A DNA stretch of 64,000 nt from NCBI GenBank assembly GCA_903893485.1, contig CAITMK010000003.1, positions 9,922-73,921 on the forward strand, read 5' to 3'. Below are positions 20,090-28,917 of this stretch, one piece after another (within the stretch, counting starts at the first letter, position 1; each line of letters opens with the position of its first letter). The DNA is from Candidatus Magasanikiibacteriota bacterium. GTDB lineage: Bacteria; Patescibacteriota; Patescibacteriia; Magasanikbacterales; 2-02-FULL-50-9b. Position numbers and translations under genes: made by a program. A model generated the notes under the pieces. It was not told where the DNA came from, ran no database searches, and saw nothing but the letters and a program-made list of their open reading frames with translations.

Positions 20090-20644
20090 ATGACACCAAG
20101 CATTATTTTTCTGATCGTCGTTATTGTAATCGTTTTGTGGGTTATCATGGCCTACAACGGTTTAGTCACGGGCCGCAATCGCGTTGCCGAAAGTTGGTCA
20201 GACATCGACGTACAATTAAAACGTCGCTACGATTTGATTCCAAATTTGGTTGAAACTGTAAAAGGCTACGCCGCACACGAACAAGGCACGTTGGAAAAAG
20301 TAATTGCCGCACGCAACGCCGCAATGAATGCGGGCAGCGACATGCAAACAAAATTGGCCGCAGAAAATAATTTGTCGAGTACGTTGAAATCCATTTTTGC
20401 ATTGTCAGAAAGTTACCCAGACTTAAAAGCAAACACCAATTTTTTGCGCTTACAAGATGAACTTGCTGACACCGAAAATAAAATTCAAGCTGCTCGCCGT
20501 TTTTACAATGGCAACACACGTGAATTCAATACCTCACTCCAAACATTTCCAACCAGCATAATCGCCGGTTTGTTTCATTTCACTCCACGCGATTTTTTTG
20601 AAGCAGCCGCAGGCGAACGCGAAAACGTGCAGGTGAAATTCTAG
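20090..20644 (+). CDS. lemA: LemA family protein
   Basis: 184 aa, N-terminal TM, characteristic LemA sequence (NGLV..RN...SWSDIDVQLKRR.DLIPNLV). Confidence 0.85.
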   Translation: MTPSIIFLIVVIVIVLWVIMAYNGLVTGRNRVAESWSDIDVQLKRRYDLIPNLVETVKGYAAHEQGTLEKVIAARNAAMNAGSDMQTKLAAENNLSSTLKSIFALSESYPDLKANTNFLRLQDELADTENKIQAARRFYNGNTREFNTSLQTFPTSIIAGLFHFTPRDFFEAAAGERENVQVKF

Positions 20645-20645
20645 T

Positions 20646-21533
20646 ATGCAGATGTATTCGCAGATTGATGCGAACAAACGCCGCACCGCAATTTTGATTG
20701 CGGTGTTTGGTGTATTTTTAATTGCAGTTGGTTATGCGTGGAGCGCGTGGAGCGGGTCCGATCCAACTACCACCGTTGGCATTGCAATTATTATTTCCGT
20801 TGCCATGTCACTGTTTAGTTATTACAGCGGCGATAAAGTTGCGCTAACCGCAAGCGGTGCACGCGCCATTACCAAAGAAGAAAATCCGTACGCCTATCGC
20901 TTAGTTGAAAATGTTTGTATTGCAGCCGGTTTAAAACCCGTGCCAAAAGTGTATATCATCGAAGATCCGGCGATCAACGCGTTTGCCTGTGGCCGCGATC
21001 CGTTGCATGCATCAATCGCCATCACCACGGGCGCAATTCAAAATTTGGAAAACGAAGAATTAGAAGGCGTGATTGCACACGAAGTCTCGCACATCATGAA
21101 TTACGATGTACGTGTGATGACATTGGTCGTTGTTTTGGTAGGTGCGATTGCCCTGCTCGCGCAGATGGCGCGCTTTGGTGGCGGTCGTCGCCGCAGCAAC
21201 AATGATGGCGGTGGTGTGCTCGCAATTATTGGCTTGATTTTTATTTTACTGTCGCCGCTCATTGCGCAACTCATTCAACTTGCAATTTCTCGCAAGCGTG
21301 AATATTTAGCTGATGCATCCGGCGCGCTGCTTACACGTTACCCCGAAGGTTTGGCACGCGCACTTGAAAAAATTGAAGCACATAACCAACCAATGGCGCG
21401 GGCCAATTCTGCCACCGCACATTTATTTTTTGATTCGCCATATCGCCGCGTGGGAAAAAAGATCTCAGGATTATTTTCAACGCATCCACCGATCGAAGAG
21501 CGAATTGCAGAACTCCGTGCCATGACTAAATAA
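20646..21533 (+). CDS. htpX: zinc metalloprotease HtpX (peptidase M48)
   Basis: HEVSH HExxH motif, four TM segments, follows lemA with a 1-nt gap as in the conserved lemA-htpX pair. Confidence 0.85.
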   Translation: MQMYSQIDANKRRTAILIAVFGVFLIAVGYAWSAWSGSDPTTTVGIAIIISVAMSLFSYYSGDKVALTASGARAITKEENPYAYRLVENVCIAAGLKPVPKVYIIEDPAINAFACGRDPLHASIAITTGAIQNLENEELEGVIAHEVSHIMNYDVRVMTLVVVLVGAIALLAQMARFGGGRRRSNNDGGGVLAIIGLIFILLSPLIAQLIQLAISRKREYLADASGALLTRYPEGLARALEKIEAHNQPMARANSATAHLFFDSPYRRVGKKISGLFSTHPPIEERIAELRAMTK

Positions 21534-21602
21534 AAAAACACAGCCACATCCAGGGTTCTGGAGGGCTGCGTGCACATGGTGCTTTTTTCGCGGTTCGCGC
21601 GA

Positions 21603-22232
21603 CTATGGCTTCTCGGGGTCAAACTCCTTGTCGAGCGCCGCGAGACGTTTGGCGTCCGGCAGCGGAATGGTCCCGGACGCGCCGAGCACCGCGAACAGGT
21701 TGCGCCAGTTGACCTCGCTTTCGCCGCCTGGGAGTTGTTCTGGGGCCAATGCGGTCATCGTCGCCGGACCGATCATGAGGTTGCGATGATCTCCTTTCAG
21801 ATCTTCCTCAAGATTACCGCTGTCCAGGAGCTCGTCGTCCGTGAATGTCACGGCAACGGGAAATCCGTGCAGGGTCGGCATCATCTTCACCTGAATCCGG
21901 CCGTGCATGCCGAACAGCACCTCAACTTTGACCACATCCTTCGGGTGGATTGCGGTCATGAGGCCGTCGAGCTTGACTTCCGTCAGCGCGAGATTGCTCA
22001 CCGCCGATTCACTTCGCAGCCGCCACCGCACGCGTTCATCAGCGTCGGTATACACCCGCAGCCGCCGAATGAGGTAGCAGGCCCACTTCAGGGCGAGCAT
22101 CGTGTCCGGTGGCAAACTGAGCACCGCCATGGGTCCGCCGCACGGCACACCCAAACCGGCACCGCCAAAGGCAATTCCGAGATTCAAAAATTCACGCATC
22201 GATTTTCCTCCTTGTGAACTTGTCACGCGCAT
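21603..22232 (-). CDS. hypothetical protein
   Basis: ATG at 22232 (MRVTSSQGG...); the track form starts at a TTG at 22262. GC-rich. The opposite-strand ORF 21570..22217 is R/H-rich and looks like antisense noise. Confidence 0.45.
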   Translation of the reverse strand: MRVTSSQGGKSMREFLNLGIAFGGAGLGVPCGGPMAVLSLPPDTMLALKWACYLIRRLRVYTDADERVRWRLRSESAVSNLALTEVKLDGLMTAIHPKDVVKVEVLFGMHGRIQVKMMPTLHGFPVAVTFTDDELLDSGNLEEDLKGDHRNLMIGPATMTALAPEQLPGGESEVNWRNLFAVLGASGTIPLPDAKRLAALDKEFDPEKP

Positions 22233-22310
22233 ATTTGTATCACAAAAGAGCCGCCAAGTCAAGGTAGCATTGACAGCCCGCCGCTTGCCGGGTAAGATAC
22301 TCTATTCTCT

Positions 22311-23282
22311 ATGCAGCAACTGGCTCATCAAATTCACGCGCATTTGACCACGCATGCCAAGCGTGTTGTTGTGGTTCCGCACAAAAACCCTGATGGTGAT
22401 ACGCTGGGCGCGGCCACTGCTTTTTTGGAATATTTGCGCGCCAATAATGTGCAGGCAACGTTGTGGTGTAAAACTGCCGCAAGTGTAGCACTGCAATTTT
22501 TGCCAAACGCACACGAGCTAAAAAGTGACCCGGCGATTTGGGAGCGCGAGCAATTTGATACGGTTTGTTTTTTTGATGCTGGCGATATTATTTTTGCGGG
22601 TGCTGCCGATGCAATGCAGCTCCTTCGCACACGTCCAACAATTATAAATTTTGATCATCATTTTACCAACAAAAAATTTGGCATTTATAATTTTGTCGAT
22701 ACTGCCGCAGCAAGTACCACAGAAGTTTTATATAATTATTTTGGAATTGTTGGCGGCAAAATTACCGCACCAATTGCAACATCACTGCTCGCGGGCCTCA
22801 TGACGGACACGGGGAATTTTTCTAATCCCGCAACAACAGAAACAGCCCTTGCCGCAGGCGCCATGCTGGTGCGCGCGGGTGGCAATTACGCGGCAATTTT
22901 GGGTTACACGTATCGCAACAAAACAACCGACGGATTAAAATTATGGGGCACCGCGTTGTCTCGATTAATTATTAAGCCGGAAATGGATTTAGCCTATACC
23001 GTAATTACGCGCGCCGACATGGCAGGTCTTAAAGTTTCCGATAATGATGTTGAGGGCGTTTCAAATTTTATGGTTGCGCTTGGCGAGGCAAAAATTATTA
23101 TGGTGCTCAAGGAAACGCAAGATGGATTTGTAAAAGGAAGTTTGCGCACCACGCATGAAGGCGTTGATGTGTCCGAGATGGCCGCACAGTTTGGTGGCGG
23201 CGGACACAAGAAAGCGTCAGGGTTTTCTGTAAAAGGAAAACTTGAAATGAAGGGTGGTGATTGGATAATCGTCACTGAATAA
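22311..23282 (+). CDS. DHH-family phosphoesterase (NrnA-like oligoribonuclease / pAp phosphatase)
   Basis: NPDGDTLGAA and FDHH motifs and a GGGH DHHA1 motif. A TTGACA-17-TAAGAT promoter lies upstream (about 22271-22300). Confidence 0.8.
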   Translation: MQQLAHQIHAHLTTHAKRVVVVPHKNPDGDTLGAATAFLEYLRANNVQATLWCKTAASVALQFLPNAHELKSDPAIWEREQFDTVCFFDAGDIIFAGAADAMQLLRTRPTIINFDHHFTNKKFGIYNFVDTAAASTTEVLYNYFGIVGGKITAPIATSLLAGLMTDTGNFSNPATTETALAAGAMLVRAGGNYAAILGYTYRNKTTDGLKLWGTALSRLIIKPEMDLAYTVITRADMAGLKVSDNDVEGVSNFMVALGEAKIIMVLKETQDGFVKGSLRTTHEGVDVSEMAAQFGGGGHKKASGFSVKGKLEMKGGDWIIVTE

Positions 23283-23289
23283 TTTTTAC

Positions 23290-23412
23290 CCCTCAAGGAC
23301 GCGTGTCAGTTTGCCCTGCGGCAAACTGCGCTCAACCTCGGCGCGGGCTCGTCTTGGCTGCGCCAAGACACCGGCCCGCCGCGCCTCCGGACGGTCCTTG
23401 ATGGACAAAAAC
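23290..23412. other. GC-rich (~70%) nested-hairpin intergenic element upstream of clpP
   Basis: Outer inverted repeat tcaaggacg...cgtccttga encloses perfect hairpins cagtttgcc-ctgc-ggcaaactg and gtcttggc-tgc-gccaagac. Coordinates approximate. Confidence 0.5.
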
Positions 23413-23440
23413 TATCCGCCGATGTAATCTAATCATATCT

Positions 23441-24034
23441 ATGTCTTCCAATTCTACATTCATGATCCCAACGGTAATTGAAAAAACAACGAACGGCGAA
23501 CGTGCCTACGATATTTATTCTCGCCTTTTAAAAGATCGCATTATTTTTTTGGGCACCGAAATTAATGACGATGTTGCAAATTCCGTGATTGCGCAATTGT
23601 TATTTTTAGAAAGCCAAGACAAATCAAAAGATATTAAATTGTATATCAACTCACCTGGTGGTTCCGTTTCTGCAGGTCTCGCGATTTTTGACACCATGAA
23701 TTTTGTGGCGCCAGATATTTCAACCATTTGTATCGGCATGGCCGCTTCCATGGGCGCAGTTTTACTTTCAAGCGGCGCGCCAGGCAAACGCTTTGCGCTG
23801 CCAAACGCTGAAGTCATGATTCACCAAGTTTTAGGCGGCTCCGAGGGCCAAGCATCGGACATCAAAATTCGCACCGAGCATATTTTGAAAACAAAAAACC
23901 GTTTGAACGAAATTTTGGCAGCAAACACCAAGCAGTCCTTCGAAAAAATCGAACGCGATACTGACCGTGATTATTACCTATCCGCCACCGACGCCGCAGC
24001 GTACGGATTAATTGACAAAGTAATCACAAAATAA
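23441..24034 (+). CDS. clpP: ATP-dependent Clp protease proteolytic subunit
   Basis: 197 aa; the catalytic Ser motif GMAASMGA and conserved ClpP fold sequence. Confidence 0.95.
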   Translation: MSSNSTFMIPTVIEKTTNGERAYDIYSRLLKDRIIFLGTEINDDVANSVIAQLLFLESQDKSKDIKLYINSPGGSVSAGLAIFDTMNFVAPDISTICIGMAASMGAVLLSSGAPGKRFALPNAEVMIHQVLGGSEGQASDIKIRTEHILKTKNRLNEILAANTKQSFEKIERDTDRDYYLSATDAAAYGLIDKVITK

Positions 24035-24063
24035 TTCGAGGCAAGAATTTCAAACTATTTGAA

Positions 24064-24095
24064 AAGCCTGGGCTTGCCCAGGTCTTTTTGTTTTT
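24064..24095 (+). terminator. intrinsic terminator of clpP
   Basis: cctgggc-ttg-gcccagg hairpin followed by T5gT5. Confidence 0.7.
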
Positions 24096-24243
24096 CACGA
24101 AGGGGTCATCCGCAGGCATGGCGGGCCGGTGCCGCGCAGCATGCGCGGCGAGCCATGCCGAGGTCGAGCGTGATTTCCCGCCGGGGAAATCGACGCGACC
24201 CCTTCGAGGAAAACAAAAAGACCCAGATTGCTCTGGATCTTTC
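24084..24243. other. structured GC-rich intergenic element: ~24-bp outer inverted repeat enclosing three perfect hairpins; candidate small RNA or REP-like element
   Basis: Outer arms ctttttgtttttcacgaaggggtc / gaccccttcgaggaaaacaaaaag. Inner ggcatggc..gccatgcc, ccgcgc-agcatg-gcgcgg and gatttccc-gccg-gggaaatc, plus a 3' hairpin cccagattgctctgg. A CCCCTTCG motif recurs three times in the 436-bp clpP-VanW spacer. Confidence 0.5.
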
Positions 24244-24470
24244 AAAACTTTATACGTAGAAATTCGCGCTCAAGAAGATTTTTCCGAGATGGATTCGAGC
24301 AATAAAGCCCGAATGCCCCTTCGGGAAAAATCTCCATGCTTGTCGTGAGCGCGAGTTACTAAGCACAAACTTTGTCTCGGGTCATCTGGTGACCTCTCGG
24401 ACGGTGAAATATACCCTATAGCGGGTTCTTTGTCAAGTGGATAAATATTCGCCCTATTTTTAGCTAAAAA

Positions 24471-26300
24471 TTAGTTCCCTGCCACACCCGCTGCATCAGG
24501 GGACAAAACCACCGGCGCCACAATTGGCGTTGAAGTTGCGGCTACCCCAATCAAACAAACTTCGCCCCAAGGTTTATAGAAGCTTGGAAAATCAACTTTT
24601 TTAAGTGTTCCATTTGGATAAGTAACCGAATACGAAAAAATGGTTGATGCGCCCTCATGTGCTAACTCGGTACATTTTTTTTTGCCCACGGGCAAAGTAG
24701 TCGTTTCAATAAGTTTTTTTGGTGGCGGATCTTTTGTTGCTAATGTTATTGGAATCGTACGAGATGCGGTTCGCCCATCTTTTGTTCCCCAAATTGAAAA
24801 CCGCAAAATATTTTTTGGCAAAAATTCCGTATGCATCATAACCCAATGACCAGTATCGTTGGTGAAACGAAAATCTGGTTTTGGATCATAGATAGTTGCG
24901 TCAGTACCTGATACTCCATTTTCAAAATAATAATGCACTTGATACGAATGATTGTGACGCTCGACCACCGGCAACCCCGCGCCCATGGCCGCGCGAAAAG
25001 TGGTTGTGCCAATTTGACAGAGGCCGCCGCCAAATTCTGGCTGCGTTTTATCATCTTTGATTACCAATTCCTGCACATATCCGCCAGTGGCATCGATTGG
25101 AAGAAGTGCCTTAATGAGTGAAAACGTATCGCCCGGCGCAACCAAGGTACCTTCAACTTTTGCCATGCCGGTTTTTATATTCACCAAACGTGCCGGTGTT
25201 GATCCGGAATAATCTGAGGTGCCAAAACCAATTTCTTCTTTGATGCCCAAGGTATTTAAACTGTCGAGCGTGATTGCGGGCGCTGTTTCTTTAACCGCAA
25301 CATCCGCAGAATCTGAACCCGCTTGCGCTGCATTAAAAATATTTCCCGCGGTCCCTGCCCAATCAATAACGCGGCCCATAATTTCTGGTTGAAATTGAGT
25401 CACTTTTTTATCAGCATATACAAAGCGTGCATTTTTTCCCGACTGTTCAAATCCGCTGAGCGCTGCATGAAGTGTATTTTTCAAAATGTCTCCGTCAATA
25501 CCAACCATAACATTTCCCTGCACCGTAATTGGTTGCACCGCTGGAATAATTGCCACCGGAGTAATTGCAACTGGTTTGCCCGCAATTTGTAAATTCAGAT
25601 TTTTTAAATTTGAAATAAAATTATTCGCCGTATCAATTAAGTTTTCAGCTGCCGCGGTTGTTACCAAAGGTTCTGTTTCAGTAATTTTTGCGGTCACTGA
25701 ATTTTTGCCTTCCAAAAGTGCGTCAGAAATTGCATTTGTTAAATCGGCAGCGTTAATACTTTGCCCCGCGCTACCTGGCACCACATGTACCGCATGACTA
25801 CTTGCGTCAAATTCAAAACGAGCATTTTGCGGACCCTGGTCGGAAACTTTCCAAGCGGTGATTGCCGTGGCAATGACGTCTACATTATGTGCAGCTCCTG
25901 AATGCGCAAGCGGTACATGCGCTGGTGTTTCCAATCCGACTGCCCCACGCAGGCGCGCGAGCGTATCCAAATTTGCAGCTTTTAAAGCTGCATCATCGAC
26001 GGAATCTTTTGCGGACAATACAAAAAGCTCATCGTTTTGCGTATCAAGTGGCAGCGTGTGAACGCCTTTTCCAGGCACCGCAACCGTTATACCTTCACGC
26101 GTAATTTTATCAATGCGCACCGTAACTGCCTGCAGGGCTTGGGCCTGTGTCATTCCGCCAACAGCAACCGGACCAATGGTAAAACCTGCGGGAAATAAAT
26201 TGAGCGTATATGCTTTTGCAAAAATCGCACCAACACCAAAAGCAGCGGCTATAAAAACCGCTCCACCTAGTGCTAATCCAATTTTTGTGCCACGCGTCAT
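24471..26300 (-). CDS. VanW-like protein (N-terminal TM, VanW domain)
   Basis: 609 aa, PEFGGGLCQIGTT core typical of the VanW family, and a single N-terminal TM. Confidence 0.7.
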   Translation of the reverse strand: MTRGTKIGLALGGAVFIAAAFGVGAIFAKAYTLNLFPAGFTIGPVAVGGMTQAQALQAVTVRIDKITREGITVAVPGKGVHTLPLDTQNDELFVLSAKDSVDDAALKAANLDTLARLRGAVGLETPAHVPLAHSGAAHNVDVIATAITAWKVSDQGPQNARFEFDASSHAVHVVPGSAGQSINAADLTNAISDALLEGKNSVTAKITETEPLVTTAAAENLIDTANNFISNLKNLNLQIAGKPVAITPVAIIPAVQPITVQGNVMVGIDGDILKNTLHAALSGFEQSGKNARFVYADKKVTQFQPEIMGRVIDWAGTAGNIFNAAQAGSDSADVAVKETAPAITLDSLNTLGIKEEIGFGTSDYSGSTPARLVNIKTGMAKVEGTLVAPGDTFSLIKALLPIDATGGYVQELVIKDDKTQPEFGGGLCQIGTTTFRAAMGAGLPVVERHNHSYQVHYYFENGVSGTDATIYDPKPDFRFTNDTGHWVMMHTEFLPKNILRFSIWGTKDGRTASRTIPITLATKDPPPKKLIETTTLPVGKKKCTELAHEGASTIFSYSVTYPNGTLKKVDFPSFYKPWGEVCLIGVAATSTPIVAPVVLSPDAAGVAGN

Positions 26301-26301
26301 A

Positions 26302-26697
26302 TTATTCTTCTTCGATGATCATTATTGGGATGTGTTCTGTTTTGGTTTGTTTTGGAATACGGATGGTGAGTAAACCGTTGCGAAAAGTTGCTTTTGCTTC
26401 GTCTGCGTGCACTTCGGTTGGCAAAATAATGCTGCGCGAAAATGGCCCCCAAAAACATTCTTCCATGAAATATTGCTCTGGAGTGAGCATGACTTCTGGT
26501 GTACGTGTTCCCCGTATTGTGAGCACATCACCATGAAACGAAATGGAAATATCCGTTGGATCTGCACCCGCAACTGGCGCCAAAATAATCAAATCAGTTT
26601 TTGTTTCCGCAACATCAACCGGCAGCTCGCCTTCGCGCGCGTCGTTCAAAAGTTCTTCGTGAGACATTTCATGTTGAAATTCAAAACCGTCGGCCAT
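26302..26697 (-). CDS. small heat-shock protein (Hsp20/alpha-crystallin family)
   Basis: 131 aa with an alpha-crystallin domain ending in the ...GLLTIRIPK motif. Confidence 0.8.
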   Translation of the reverse strand: MADGFEFQHEMSHEELLNDAREGELPVDVAETKTDLIILAPVAGADPTDISISFHGDVLTIRGTRTPEVMLTPEQYFMEECFWGPFSRSIILPTEVHADEAKATFRNGLLTIRIPKQTKTEHIPIMIIEEE

Positions 26698-26715
26698 AGT
26701 GGCCCCAAGTATATT

Positions 26716-27573
26716 CTATTTTAAGGCGCTTTGCAAAACAGACAAATTAGTTTGCATAACTGTTTGATAAGCGGTCGGCTCAGCGGTGCCGACTTCCAAG
26801 GTGTTAACGGTGTATACCACATGGTGTGTATCCGCAGCAATGGCCGCAGCAAGCGACTGCGACATACCACTTTCACCAAGAAGCGCTGCATCGCCGCCTA
26901 AATTATTCAGCACCTTTTCAACCGCAGCAACCGCTTGTGGCGTTGGTGTGTCTTCTGGCAACTGCTGCACCGTGCCCGAAATATGCAAACCGTAATCCGC
27001 GGCCAAATATTCAAACGCATCGTGCAACGTTACAATATTATGATGTGGCAATTCAGCGAGTGTTTTAAATTGTGAATCTAATTCCGTGAGCGTGTTTTGA
27101 TATGTCGCCGAATTTGCTTGGATTGCCTGGGCATTTTGCGGAAATGCAATCGCAAGCGCTTCAGAAAGTTTTTGGGTAATGCCAATCATTTTTTTTGGCG
27201 ACAACCATACGTGCGGATTATCTTTATCCGTCATGCCGAGTAAATCAGCGACCGAAATAATTTTTGCATTTGGCGCCGCGGCCTGGGCACCACGCACGGC
27301 CCACGTGTCGAGCCCCATGCCCCACACCAAAATAATATCCGCATGTGAAAGTATTACCAGTTCGCGCGGTGATAATGTTACTTCATGAGGCTCTGCACCT
27401 GGTGGCAAGATTGATTGCACGTTTGCTTTGTCTCCAAGTAAATTTTCGGCAACAACGGTAAGCGGAATAATAGTTGTTACCACGGTTGGTTTAGTTGTGT
27501 CGAGCGGTTTTGCAGAACTACAACCCGCACCAATAAAAAATAAAATTGTTGCAGCGACAAAAAACTTTTTCAT
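26716..27573 (-). CDS. metal ABC-transporter substrate-binding lipoprotein (ZnuA/TroA family)
   Basis: Lipobox GAGC; NPHVWLSP and HDAFEYLA motifs of cluster A-I SBPs. Confidence 0.8.
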   Translation of the reverse strand: MKKFFVAATILFFIGAGCSSAKPLDTTKPTVVTTIIPLTVVAENLLGDKANVQSILPPGAEPHEVTLSPRELVILSHADIILVWGMGLDTWAVRGAQAAAPNAKIISVADLLGMTDKDNPHVWLSPKKMIGITQKLSEALAIAFPQNAQAIQANSATYQNTLTELDSQFKTLAELPHHNIVTLHDAFEYLAADYGLHISGTVQQLPEDTPTPQAVAAVEKVLNNLGGDAALLGESGMSQSLAAAIAADTHHVVYTVNTLEVGTAEPTAYQTVMQTNLSVLQSALK

Positions 27574-27574
27574 A

Positions 27575-28000
27575 TTATATTTCGGCTAGGGCAAACAAAA
27601 TTGCTAAAATCGCGGTGAGTGCGTATGAAGTTAGGCACACAATACACCATGTGTTAAGCAGCACATGGCTAATCCACGCGAGGTGCGCGCTGAATCCAAC
27701 CGCAACACCAATAAGCGCAGCAAGGAGTAATTTAATTTTTCGGCGATGATCGCGAAATTGTTCGATACAAAAAAGTAAAATTGCTACGTATGAAAGTAAT
27801 CCAAAAAAAGCAACGGGCACGCCAAATAATTCTGAATAGATGCCACGGTTAACAATGTCACAATTAAATTGTGCGTTAATGTTGCAGAATGATCCGCCCG
27901 TTGCAAAATGCGCATACATTGCATAACCAGCCGCGACGATTCCAAGGCCAGCAACCACGCACATTGCACGATACATTTTTTGTTTTTGGATAGCATTCAT
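27575..28000 (-). CDS. vitamin K epoxide reductase (VKOR)-like membrane thiol oxidoreductase
   Basis: 141 aa, four TM segments, loop cysteines (CNINAQFNC) and a TWCIVC CxxC in the last TM, as in bacterial VKOR/DsbB-analogues. Confidence 0.55.
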   Translation of the reverse strand: MNAIQKQKMYRAMCVVAGLGIVAAGYAMYAHFATGGSFCNINAQFNCDIVNRGIYSELFGVPVAFFGLLSYVAILLFCIEQFRDHRRKIKLLLAALIGVAVGFSAHLAWISHVLLNTWCIVCLTSYALTAILAILFALAEI

Positions 28001-28003
28001 AGT

Positions 28004-28633
28004 TTATTTTCTAAGTAGTACAAATAAAGTGTCGTGCAATTTTTGAAGTCTTTCAAAAAGCTCTTCGGAGGGTGTGTGAATTTGGGCTTCATATTCCGAG
28101 CCTTCCAAATCAAGACCATTTTTTCTGATAACCTCAACAATGTCAGTTTGAAATTTAGTGACCAATACTTTTGCCGTCTGGCGAATCTCGTTTGGACATC
28201 TTGCGCACAAATCCGCTGGCATACGATGTAGCGCGCAAAAACGCTCCCCGGTGCCATCATGAACGTTGCGTTGTGCCACGTCTTCATACAGACTTTTTTG
28301 ATGAGGCTGCAAGCCGTTTGTAAATGCACGCAAACCATAATTGTCCCAAAGCTGTTTTGCAACGTCCATAGCCTGAATTGTTTGAATGGTGTGCGCCCGG
28401 CTATCAAGCGCTTGAATGCGACATTTCCGACAACTGCCGCCACGAGGGTTCCCATGTTCACACAATTCATTGTCAAAACCTGGTTTTGGTTCAATTGCGG
28501 GATGATCACCAACTGCCTGCAAAAGACCTGGTCGCTGTGGTATCGTAGGTTTTTTTTCTGATGGTTCATCGTGTGGTGGCAACGGCGTTATCGCCTGCGA
28601 CCACGGCCGTTTAATTTTGTCCCAAAAACCCAT
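28004..28633 (-). CDS. hypothetical protein with two Cx9Cx2C zinc-ribbon-like motifs
   Basis: 209 aa; CEHGNPRGGSCRKC and CALHRMPADLCARC; no family recognised. The alternative-frame ORF 27997..28569 was rejected. Confidence 0.55.
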   Translation of the reverse strand: MGFWDKIKRPWSQAITPLPPHDEPSEKKPTIPQRPGLLQAVGDHPAIEPKPGFDNELCEHGNPRGGSCRKCRIQALDSRAHTIQTIQAMDVAKQLWDNYGLRAFTNGLQPHQKSLYEDVAQRNVHDGTGERFCALHRMPADLCARCPNEIRQTAKVLVTKFQTDIVEVIRKNGLDLEGSEYEAQIHTPSEELFERLQKLHDTLFVLLRK

Positions 28634-28717
28634 AGCGAATCATGTTTGACGTTTCTATAACTACGTGGTATTCTACACCCGCAATTTTTTATACGCAATT
28701 AGAGTTGCACAAAATCA

Positions 28718-28789
28718 GGTCTCATCGTCTAACGGTTAGGACACCACGCTTTCAATGTGGGAATAGGGGTTCGATTCCCCTTGGGACTA
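28718..28789 (+). tRNA. tRNA-Glu (anticodon UUC), no encoded CCA
   Basis: Cloverleaf folded by hand. Acceptor GGTCTCA/TGGGACT (with G-U pairs), D stem GTCT/GGAC, anticodon stem CCACG/TGTGG with loop CTTTCAA, T arm AGGGG-TTCGATT-CCCCT, discriminator A. Confidence 0.85.
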
Positions 28790-28790
28790 T

Positions 28791-28825
28791 AAAAATACGC
28801 CATCCGCAAGGGTGGTGTATTTTTA
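28791..28825 (+). terminator. intrinsic terminator after tRNA-Glu
   Basis: aaaaatacgccatcc-gcaa-gggtggtgtattttt: 15-bp stem (three G-U pairs), GCAA tetraloop, T5. Confidence 0.7.
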
Positions 28826-28839
28826 TAGTCTTACAATTT

Positions 28840-28855
28840 GGGGAATCGAACGGGC
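28840..28855 (-). repeat. inverted partial copy of the tRNA-Glu T-arm
   Basis: ggggaatcgaacgggc has rc gcccGTTCGATTCCCC, matching 13/14 of the GGTTCGATTCCCC T-arm. Confidence 0.6.
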
Positions 28856-28917
28856 ACAAAGAAATTGCCGATGGCAATTTCGACTGCCCCGGGTTTTGCG
28901 GCTTCACGCCACAAAAC

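Noticed and set aside
21570-22217. 215-aa +-strand ORF overlapping 21603..22232 (-)
   Set aside because: His/Arg-rich with no hydrophobic core periodicity; the minus frame is more protein-like. Either call remains low confidence.
24059-24348. 66-86-aa ORFs in the clpP-VanW spacer
   Set aside because: They coincide with the nested-hairpin GC-rich element and are Arg/Gly/Ala-rich with alternative start codons, so they are more likely RNA structure than coding.
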